Positions 57,467 through 64,000 of a stretch of 64,000 nucleotides of DNA are shown here, piece by piece. A program made the position numbers and the translations under genes. The stretch comes from Patescibacteria group bacterium (lineage in GTDB: Bacteria; Patescibacteriota; WWE3; UBA101185; UBA10185): contig JBMORU010000001.1 in assembly GCA_049322215.1 (NCBI GenBank), positions 324,023-388,022 of the forward strand. Reading direction: 5' to 3'. How positions within the stretch are numbered: the stretch's first letter is position 1; each line of letters starts with the position of its first letter. The notes under the pieces are model-generated. The model saw only the letters and a program-made list of their open reading frames with translations. It searched no databases and was not told the DNA's origin.

Positions 57467-58141
57467 TTGACCATGTTTAAGTTCTTTTCTTTATTTTTTT
57501 TAGTATTTCCCTTAGTGTATGCACAAGAGGCAAACTATATTCAAATTACAGCCTTGAGAAATTATCCCAATTTAGAAAGCAGTATTGATTTTGAGTTTTC
57601 GGGCAATATTCAAAATTACAAAGTACGGCCAAGAGTAAGTAGTGGCTCTGTTAGCGTTTATGACTCCAAAAATGATAAATGGGTTAACTCTACAGAGGTA
57701 TGGAGTAATTTACCTGACATAAATAGCATAATGTCATTTAAATTTACTGGAAATGCTACTAAAGAGTTGCATTTTGAACTTTTTAATATAAACAACGGCT
57801 TAATATATACCTCCGATACATTTAAGGTTAAAGGAGCTACCTACCAAGAACATAAAGTAGACCATATAAATAATTCTCTTAACGAGAACTCAACTAAACT
57901 GCAAGTTTCTAAAGAAAAGTTTGAGCTTTCAGAAACTTCTGTAATTAAACAAAGTAGTATATCTAAGTTAAGTCTATACTACTTACTTGGCAGTTATCTT
58001 GTTAGTGCAGTAATTGGTGTAATTATTAAAAAGCTTAATATAGTGATAAAATTAGCAAATGCTGTACCGGCTTATAAAAAGGTGGTTACCTTCTATATTG
58101 TTAATATCCGTGATTTTTTACTTTTCCACGCTAGAGGGTAG
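57467..58141 (+). CDS. Hypothetical secreted protein with a C-terminal TM segment (224 aa); the 3' end overlaps the vanZ-like ORF and may be over-extended
   Basis: Signal peptide MTMFKFFSLFFLVFPLVYAQ. No motif. Confidence 0.45.
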   Translation: MTMFKFFSLFFLVFPLVYAQEANYIQITALRNYPNLESSIDFEFSGNIQNYKVRPRVSSGSVSVYDSKNDKWVNSTEVWSNLPDINSIMSFKFTGNATKELHFELFNINNGLIYTSDTFKVKGATYQEHKVDHINNSLNENSTKLQVSKEKFELSETSVIKQSSISKLSLYYLLGSYLVSAVIGVIIKKLNIVIKLANAVPAYKKVVTFYIVNIRDFLLFHARG

Positions 58142-58436
58142 CGAAGTAAAACAAGCAGGTTTAGATTCTGAGTCATATCATATTTGGGGTCACATGTTAA
58201 TTTACATGCTTTTAGTGGTTGCTCTTTACCGAGGTATAAAAAGAATTGTTAGTGCTGCAGGGCTGTCTTTTTTGTATGGTTTGAGTTTAGAATATTATCA
58301 GAGTTTTATCCCAGGCAGAGCTCCACAGTGGTTTGATGTTGGTGTGAATGGATTTGGTATATTAATTTCTGCTATTTTCCTATGGAGATTTTATCAAAAT
58401 CTACCGAAGATACTAAAAACTTGGTTAGAAGTTTAA
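58059..58436 (+). CDS. VanZ-like membrane protein
   Basis: Four TM helices with a LEYYQSFIPGRAPQWFDVGVNGFG pattern like the VanZ family (E..Q...PGR...D...N..G). Confidence 0.55.
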   Translation: MLYRLIKRWLPSILLISVIFYFSTLEGSEVKQAGLDSESYHIWGHMLIYMLLVVALYRGIKRIVSAAGLSFLYGLSLEYYQSFIPGRAPQWFDVGVNGFGILISAIFLWRFYQNLPKILKTWLEV

Positions 58437-58825
58437 TTCAACCTATAAAACCTGGTACAATAATTTTGCTTCATGGTGATCTAGGAAGCGGTAAAACTAC
58501 CTTTACACGTTATTTGGTAGAAAGTTTAGGTTTTGATTCTAAAGTACAAAGTCCCACATTCGTTTTAATGCGACAATATAAAGCTTCTAATGCTAAATCA
58601 GATATACATAAAATAAATCATTTAGACTTGTATAGACTTTCTTCTTTAGATGAGGCTGAGGACTTAGGACTATTAGAACTTTTAAGCGACACTTCTGCTA
58701 TTACTATTGTGGAATGGCCGGAAACTGCCTTGCCTATTTTTGATAAATTTGGGAAAAAAGTGATAAATGTCTATTTTGAATATTTATCTATGAATGAACG
58801 TAGAATTAAAGTAAAAGGAATATAA
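58382..58825 (+). CDS. tsaE: tRNA t6A37 biosynthesis protein TsaE (YjeE ATPase)
   Basis: IILLHGDLGSGKTTFTRYLVESLG is the TsaE P-loop signature. Followed directly by tsaB. Confidence 0.75.
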   Translation: MEILSKSTEDTKNLVRSLIQPIKPGTIILLHGDLGSGKTTFTRYLVESLGFDSKVQSPTFVLMRQYKASNAKSDIHKINHLDLYRLSSLDEAEDLGLLELLSDTSAITIVEWPETALPIFDKFGKKVINVYFEYLSMNERRIKVKGI

Positions 58826-59143
58826 ATGTATAAAATATTTATTGACTCAACTAAACGTTTTGAAAAACAAGTTAGCTTGTTTTCAGATGGCAAAGAAATC
58901 GCACATAAGCAAGGGGACATTGATATTGTTGCATCAATTGATTCCCTTTTGAAGGAGTCAAACTTATCGACAAAAGATATCCAAATTTTTGATGTAAATA
59001 AAGGCCCTGGGTCTTTTACAGGGTTAAAAATAGGTGTAACAATTGCCAATGTATTAAATTGGGCACTTAAAGGCATACCTGTTTCAGACTTAGTTTTACC
59101 AGATTATGGGAAAGACCCTAATATTCAACCTCGTAAATCTTGA
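58826..59143 (+). CDS. tsaB: Mini-TsaB (YeaZ-like N-terminal half only, 105 aa)
   Basis: Start (ATG 58826-58828) overlaps the tsaE stop TAA (58823-58825) by one base (TAAATG). NKGPGSFTGLKIGVTIANVLNWALKGIPV matches the TsaB GPGSFTGLRIG motif. The second actin-like half is absent. Confidence 0.55.
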   Translation: MYKIFIDSTKRFEKQVSLFSDGKEIAHKQGDIDIVASIDSLLKESNLSTKDIQIFDVNKGPGSFTGLKIGVTIANVLNWALKGIPVSDLVLPDYGKDPNIQPRKS

Positions 59144-61016
59144 CTTCATTATTTGTAACTTTTTCTTTGGCTATTTGTGAAAACACTTTATTATCATATT
59201 CTTCGCTAATTATATATTTTGCGTTGTATTTTTTTAGCAAATTTAAAACTTCATTTGTATCGTTTGAGAAAAATATCAAATTAATATCTTTTTTTCTTTC
59301 TTCAATATCTTGCGTGTTATTTCTCCAGCCCATTTCGTGGTTTGCCCATCCTAATATTGTTGGAACACCAGAAAATGTTGTGTATAGAGATTTATTATCG
59401 TTTGCATTTCCATAAAATTCTGCAGTTACAGAACTTGACGGCAAACTTTGTAAAAATTTTACGCCTTCTTTTTGACTTTTGCTTAAAAAACTTGTTCCTT
59501 CTAAAGTACTGTTTGTACCTGCATAAAAGGTCCCAAGTATCAAAAACGATGGGTAAATTACACTCATAACAATGACTAGTTCTATGAACAAATATTTAAA
59601 CTTATGCAAGCGGGATTGTACATGCGTTTGTAATATTTCTGTCACCATAATTGCTGAGCTTATTCCCCATAATATCCATGCTTGATACCATAGTTTGTAT
59701 AAAGTATTGGCTCGGTAAAATGGTGTGTTTTCAGAAAAGTAAATATCTTTAACAAAAACCAACTCTCCTATCAAAATAAGCACCAGTGCTGTTAGCAACG
59801 TTGTAGCAATAGTTTTATTTTTTAAATTTTTAAAATAAAAAAAGTAAAACATAGTTATTAAAGCAAAACTACCAAACATTAACCCAATTGCCTTGAAACC
59901 AGAGAAGTTTGTATTTAAACCTATACCCTGAACAGGTACTTTAAATGTTTGTAAAAAGGGTAATACCAAAATAATTGACACCAATAGTGGAATAGCAAAA
60001 TACTTGAAGCCAATTAGCTCTTGCTTTTTGCGTTTATATATTAATATACCAATTCCTAGAAAAACTAGGTAGATAAAAAAATCCCAACTATTTATTAAAT
60101 ACATTAAGGCAAATGCTATTCCTAAAAAATATTGTGCGTTTCGGCTTTTTTCGCTTAAAGATAAAAATATTAAACAAATTGTAAAAATAACTACAGGAAT
60201 ATTCATTACGTGAGCATGAATACCCCCTCCAAAGAAACTATAAGAAGGCATATCATTTATTGTGTAAGGTACTATTCTAGTCGTTTTAGAAAAGTCTAAA
60301 TCTATGCCTGTGGGGTTTGCAAAAAGTAAAATGATTGAATACATATTCCCACTAAGTACTACAAAAAGTACTGTTAAAAGGCCTGTTAAGTATTTTTTTG
60401 AAATTAAAACACCAAGTCCGAAAACTGAAGTTACTGTTTGTGCAAATATTCCCGCAAAACCAAGATTAAAGGCAACTTCTGGAATAGTACTTGTTAACTT
60501 AGTCAGAGTAGCTAAAGTTAAGTGTCCAAAATAATAATAATTTATAGACTTTCCTGAAAACCAAATATCTATAGGAGGCATATGCTCAAATTTAACTAAG
60601 CTATTAAAAATAGCGAAATTGGTGAAGTCTTCGGGTTTTATGAGTTTTCCAAAGTTAGTAGTTAAATAGAAAAGCATAAAAAAGAAGCTGATTACAAACA
60701 TAAGCTCAGATATGGCGAAAACTTTAATTGTATTAAAACTAAATGCGCGGTGTCTATGAAACATGGCTAATGCAATTGCTATAAGGCTTAGTAATAGTAA
60801 TACTATAATTGTTAGTTTTTGACTAAATGCTGTTATATTTGCTATAGAAATAAGCCATGCTATGTAGCTTATCAGTGCAACTCCTAAAACCTTTCCAAAA
60901 AAAACACTTAATTTTAAGTTTTTGGTTGAGGAGTATAAAATTATTGTTCCGATGATTCCTAAGTATAAATATGTCGAATACCAAAGTAACACCTGACCTA
61001 AGTTTTCATAAGACAT
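59118..61016 (-). CDS. Large polytopic YYY-motif membrane protein (DUF2298 / Chlor_Arch_YYY family), putative GT-C-type glycosyltransferase
   Basis: About 14 TM helices, the hallmark SINYYYFGH motif, and a C-terminal soluble domain. Family assignment recalled from memory. Confidence 0.6.
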   Translation of the reverse strand: MSYENLGQVLLWYSTYLYLGIIGTIILYSSTKNLKLSVFFGKVLGVALISYIAWLISIANITAFSQKLTIIVLLLLSLIAIALAMFHRHRAFSFNTIKVFAISELMFVISFFFMLFYLTTNFGKLIKPEDFTNFAIFNSLVKFEHMPPIDIWFSGKSINYYYFGHLTLATLTKLTSTIPEVAFNLGFAGIFAQTVTSVFGLGVLISKKYLTGLLTVLFVVLSGNMYSIILLFANPTGIDLDFSKTTRIVPYTINDMPSYSFFGGGIHAHVMNIPVVIFTICLIFLSLSEKSRNAQYFLGIAFALMYLINSWDFFIYLVFLGIGILIYKRKKQELIGFKYFAIPLLVSIILVLPFLQTFKVPVQGIGLNTNFSGFKAIGLMFGSFALITMFYFFYFKNLKNKTIATTLLTALVLILIGELVFVKDIYFSENTPFYRANTLYKLWYQAWILWGISSAIMVTEILQTHVQSRLHKFKYLFIELVIVMSVIYPSFLILGTFYAGTNSTLEGTSFLSKSQKEGVKFLQSLPSSSVTAEFYGNANDNKSLYTTFSGVPTILGWANHEMGWRNNTQDIEERKKDINLIFFSNDTNEVLNLLKKYNAKYIISEEYDNKVFSQIAKEKVTNNEVKIYEVEY

Positions 61017-61076
61017 ACAACAATTATATATAATTGCCTTTATACAATACAGCTTAAATGATAGAATAATCCCGTT

Positions 61077-62051
61077 ATGAAAGTACTAATCACAGGTGTT
61101 GCAGGTTTTATAGGTTCAAATTTAGCGGAATATTTACTAAATAATGATTACGAAGTGGTAGGTATAGATAACTTTAATGAGTTTTATAAACGAAAAATTA
61201 AAGACTATAACATTAAAGACTTTGTTAACAATCCAAATTTTAAGTTGTACGAAATAGATATTACCGATGAAGCCTCTTTAGAAAATACTTTTAAAGAGGA
61301 AAGTGGTTTTGATGCCGTAGTTCACTTAGCTGCTTGGGCAGGGGTTACGCTTTCTATAGAAAAAGCTGTTGTTTATGTAAAAAACAATGTAGAGGGTACC
61401 GTAAAACTTTTGGATACTATGGTTAAATATGATACTAAGAATATAATTTTTGCTTCTACATCTTCTGTTTACGGAAATAATCCAACGCCATTTAAAGAAA
61501 ACATGATCACAGATCACCCCTTTGCGCCGTATCCTGCTACAAAAAAGGCCTGTGAAATTATGCTTAGCACCTATTCTAGAAATTTTGGTGTTAACGTTAG
61601 TGTTTTTAGAATTTTTAATCCGTTAGGTCCTAGAGTAAGACCCGACTTGGCGATGCCTAAACTTATTAGGTCTTGTTTATATGGCACTGAGTTTCCACAA
61701 TACCAGGACTCAGAAAAAACCGGGCGTGATTACACTTATGTGAAACATCTTTTTGAAGCTATGGAATATGTTTTTCAACATCCTTTTACCTACGAAATTT
61801 TCAATGTTGGTAATTCTTCACCTGTTACTTTAGGAGAATTAGTTAATACAGTAGAAAAGGTAGTGGGTAAAAAAGCAAATATCAAAGCTATGCCTCAACG
61901 TCAGGGTGAAATGGTTCAAACCTATGCAGATATAAGTAAAGCAAAGTCTATGCTAAACTACAATCCTTCTACTACAATAGAAGAAAGCGTTAGTATTTAT
62001 TACGAATGGTTTATAGCCCAGGAAGACTGGTATAAAAAAGGTGAATTTTAG
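61077..62051 (+). CDS. NAD-dependent sugar epimerase/dehydratase (SDR, UDP-glucose/glucuronate 4-epimerase-like)
   Basis: Rossmann GxxGxxG (ITGVAGFIGSNLAEYLL) and the catalytic YxxxK (PYPATKK). Confidence 0.8.
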   Translation: MKVLITGVAGFIGSNLAEYLLNNDYEVVGIDNFNEFYKRKIKDYNIKDFVNNPNFKLYEIDITDEASLENTFKEESGFDAVVHLAAWAGVTLSIEKAVVYVKNNVEGTVKLLDTMVKYDTKNIIFASTSSVYGNNPTPFKENMITDHPFAPYPATKKACEIMLSTYSRNFGVNVSVFRIFNPLGPRVRPDLAMPKLIRSCLYGTEFPQYQDSEKTGRDYTYVKHLFEAMEYVFQHPFTYEIFNVGNSSPVTLGELVNTVEKVVGKKANIKAMPQRQGEMVQTYADISKAKSMLNYNPSTTIEESVSIYYEWFIAQEDWYKKGEF

Positions 62052-62071
62052 CCTGCTCAGATAAGGACATT

Positions 62072-63031
62072 ATGAGTAAATTAGTATCAATAATAATACC
62101 CTGCTACAACGAAGAAAAAAACATTAATAGGACTTTTGAAGGTTTAATGAAACTGGCTGAAACACACAAGTACGATTTTGAAATTATTGCTGTAAACGAT
62201 GGAAGCAAAGATAATACCTGGAACGTAATTAAGGAATATGCCAATAAATATGAAATGATTCAAGGTATTAACTTTATGACCAATTTTGGTCAAAGTTGTG
62301 CTTATCAAGCAGGTTTTGACGCTTCAAAAGGTGACTACGTAATAACTGTGTCTGCTGATTTAGAAATCCCATTGGAAAACATAAACAACGTAATAGATAA
62401 ACTGGATGAAGGTTACGATTTTGTTAATACACACAGAGTAGGACGTTGGTCTGATGAAAAGGCATCTAGGCAGGCAAAAAGCGGTATGGCTAATAAAATT
62501 ATTACTGCTATTTCTGGTGTACATATGAACGATAGAGGTTCGGGACTTAAAGGCTTTAAGCGCGTAATTATAGATAATCTACGTCTTTATGGAGAAATGC
62601 ACCGTTTTATTCCTGATTACGTTTCAGTATATGGAGCAAAAATGACCGAGTTTGAAGTGGAATTTAAAGATAGAGATTTTGGCACTTCAGCATACTCTGG
62701 ACACAAAAGAACTATAAAAGTGCTCTTAGATTTAGTAACACTAGCCTTTATGTTGCAGTTTGCTAAAAAGCCTTTCTTAATGAAGCCTGGGCGTTTATTC
62801 GGTGCTACTGGGGCCGTTATATCAGGATTTGGATTTTTAATTGGCATTTATCTTACTGTGCTTAAATTAATGGGGGAAAGTATAGGGGGAAGACCCTTAC
62901 TACTTGTAGGCGCTATATTAATTATTGTTGGTATCCAGTCAATTATGCTTGGTATGTTTGGTGAGTTGCTTGTACGAATTTACTTTGAATCGTCAGGTAG
63001 AAAAACATACACAGTAAGAGAAAACGCATAA
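62072..63031 (+). CDS. GT2 polyprenyl-phosphate glycosyltransferase (DPM1/ArnC/GtrB-like) with two C-terminal TM helices
   Basis: VSIIIPCYNEEKNI..., a DxD (NDGSKD), a ...SGLKGFKR motif and a C-terminal TM hairpin typical of GtrB/ArnC. Confidence 0.8.
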   Translation: MSKLVSIIIPCYNEEKNINRTFEGLMKLAETHKYDFEIIAVNDGSKDNTWNVIKEYANKYEMIQGINFMTNFGQSCAYQAGFDASKGDYVITVSADLEIPLENINNVIDKLDEGYDFVNTHRVGRWSDEKASRQAKSGMANKIITAISGVHMNDRGSGLKGFKRVIIDNLRLYGEMHRFIPDYVSVYGAKMTEFEVEFKDRDFGTSAYSGHKRTIKVLLDLVTLAFMLQFAKKPFLMKPGRLFGATGAVISGFGFLIGIYLTVLKLMGESIGGRPLLLVGAILIIVGIQSIMLGMFGELLVRIYFESSGRKTYTVRENA

Positions 63032-63051
63032 ATTAATGCATAGTTTTTAAT

Positions 63052-63600
63052 ATGAAGCTCTCATCAATAGCTGCCTTAAATATACTTTTAAAGCTTTTGC
63101 TAATACTAAGTTTTGTCATTGCCTTGTTTTTTGATTTGCCCCAACTTGAGGGTAAAGGTATGTTGTTTAGGGCTCCCTTTTTCATTTTAGGCGCATTTAT
63201 TGTGCCTATTGCTTCGGTTTTTAAGAAACCTGCCAAATATCCTTTTTTTGCCGATATATATTTAACGCTTCCTTTTTTGTTAGACACATTAGGAAACATT
63301 TTTGGCTTATTTGATTCCATAGTTGTTTTTGATGATGTTATTCATATGGTTAATTGGGTTTTTATAGTAATGGCGTTTCAAGCACTTAAATTGGGAAAAA
63401 GATCGCTACTACAAGGAATGTTATTTGGAGTAGGTTTAATTATTATTTGGGAGATTCTTGAATGGACAATATCTGTAGATGGTTTTGGAATTCTAAATGG
63501 TCTTAATCTTTCTTTAGCCGATACTTTAGGTGATTTATTTACTTCTTCATTAGGTTCATTAGTTGGAGCTTATTTTGGAATGAAACACCGGTCTTTATGA
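63052..63600 (+). CDS. Hypothetical polytopic membrane protein (182 aa), possible flippase/accessory subunit of the glycosylation module
   Basis: Five or six hydrophobic helices. Its position between the GT2 and GT-C genes mirrors GtrA/ArnEF-type small membrane proteins, but there is no sequence motif. Confidence 0.4.
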   Translation: MKLSSIAALNILLKLLLILSFVIALFFDLPQLEGKGMLFRAPFFILGAFIVPIASVFKKPAKYPFFADIYLTLPFLLDTLGNIFGLFDSIVVFDDVIHMVNWVFIVMAFQALKLGKRSLLQGMLFGVGLIIIWEILEWTISVDGFGILNGLNLSLADTLGDLFTSSLGSLVGAYFGMKHRSL

Positions 63601-63630
63601 ATTATCTTGAAAATTGCTATTATCTTAATA

Positions 63631-64000
63631 ATGCTTAGTCAAATTATTAGAAAACTTAAAAACCTGAATTTTTATACGTGGTTATTTATAGTTGTCTTTA
63701 TAATTGCAGCCTTTTTTGGCTACTACAAAATAGGTTCCGCTTCGATAAATAACGATGCCCACTTTTGGTATACCCGCACTCAAGATTTTTGGTGGGGTAT
63801 ACAGCATGGTAAATTAAATAGAACTTATCAAGATGCTAAACCTGGCGTAACGGTCATGTGGCTTTCAGGATTGAGTTTGGAGGCATTTTTAAACTTATAT
63901 GAAACTGTATTTAAGTTTAGACCCGAAATATATACTCATGCCACTTTTTATTTAGTACACTTTTCAGTTATTGCCCCATTAGTAACTGTTCACTTATTGT
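63631..64000 (+). CDS. GT-C glycosyltransferase (PMT/ArnT-like, GT39/GT83 family), 5' portion; runs off the window end
   Basis: Not in the ORF track because it has no stop. ATG at 63631 is preceded by an in-frame TAA. TM1 is followed by a first-loop motif NDAHFWYTRTQDF resembling the DE-x-H-F/DE-x-R-Y loop-1 motif of PMT/ArnT enzymes. Confidence 0.5.
   Translation, partial: MLSQIIRKLKNLNFYTWLFIVVFIIAAFFGYYKIGSASINNDAHFWYTRTQDFWWGIQHGKLNRTYQDAKPGVTVMWLSGLSLEAFLNLYETVFKFRPEIYTHATFYLVHFSVIAPLVTVHLL

Noticed and set aside
57467-58141. Treating 57467..58141 and 58059..58436 as a single fused gene
   Set aside because: The reading frames differ and the VanZ-like ORF has its own plausible start and TM1. 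The overlap is more likely an over-extended 3' end of the upstream ORF.
63033-63320. A 95-aa minus-strand ORF overlapping the 63052 membrane-protein gene
   Set aside because: It is antisense within a hydrophobic-protein gene. Its K-rich translation is the mirror of an A/T-rich coding strand, with no RBS.
1-64000. CRISPR arrays, transposases/integrases, tRNA or rRNA genes
   Set aside because: I searched the intergenic regions by eye for regularly spaced direct repeats, cloverleaf-like acceptor stems and IS terminal inverted repeats and found none. No ORF shows DDE transposase or tyrosine recombinase motifs. Absence of tRNAs is by inspection only; tRNAscan would be decisive.
1-64000. Alternative genetic code (UGA recoding, as in some CPR lineages)
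   Set aside because: All long conserved genes (dnaK, pnp, infB, ftsK, alaS) are intact under the standard code. Several genes end at TGA exactly where homologues end, for example the stop at 54540-54542 and the tsaB end.

Overview
The window is low-GC (about 37% by eye), gene-dense and mostly encoded on the + strand. Gene content and style suggest a small-genome, Patescibacteria/CPR-like or similar reduced bacterium; this is an inference, because no search was run. All protein calls rest on motifs I recognise in the supplied translations. Conserved ORFs are intact with UGA as a stop, so the standard code applies.

Core housekeeping genes dominate the first 23 kb and parts of 33-49 kb: lepA (3' part), adk, hrcA-grpE-dnaK, a zinc-finger-less dnaJ, nusA, a short infB, rpsO, pnp, a family-4 UDG, a Nudix hydrolase, RNase J, ftsK, a RodZ-like protein, a short alaS with a T-box-like leader, an FtsA-like protein, ruvX, miaB-miaA, mltG and an antisense RNase P RNA (rnpB). 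ftsE-ftsX with an EnvC-like M23 protein lie at 54.5-57.4 kb and tsaE with a mini tsaB at 58.4-59.1 kb.

Three accessory-looking blocks stand out:
- 24.8-33.3 kb: an apparent operon of DUF948/YtxH-like membrane proteins, a Pro-rich disordered protein, a TrwB/VirD4-family coupling-protein-like ATPase with an unusual 350-aa N-terminal domain, and a 1174-aa acidic coiled-coil protein. No other type IV secretion or relaxase genes are in the window. This is my best candidate for an undescribed system.
- 50.0-53.6 kb: a 1187-aa secreted GH5-like glycoside hydrolase with three tandem CBM6/35-like modules, a CBM4_9-like module and Cys-rich knot linkers.
- 59.1-64.0 kb: a lipid-linked glycosylation cluster (YYY-motif/DUF2298 membrane protein, NAD-dependent epimerase, GT2, small membrane protein, GT-C PMT/ArnT-like).

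Other notable loci: a stand-alone Lon AAA+ module without protease or N domains, flanked by a zinc-ribbon membrane protein and a LysM protein (14.7-17.4 kb); and an acylphosphatase-fold protein with a substituted active site next to an NMP-kinase-like protein carrying N-terminal tandem repeats (39.9-41.5 kb).

I found no CRISPR array, transposase, integrase, tRNA or rRNA.
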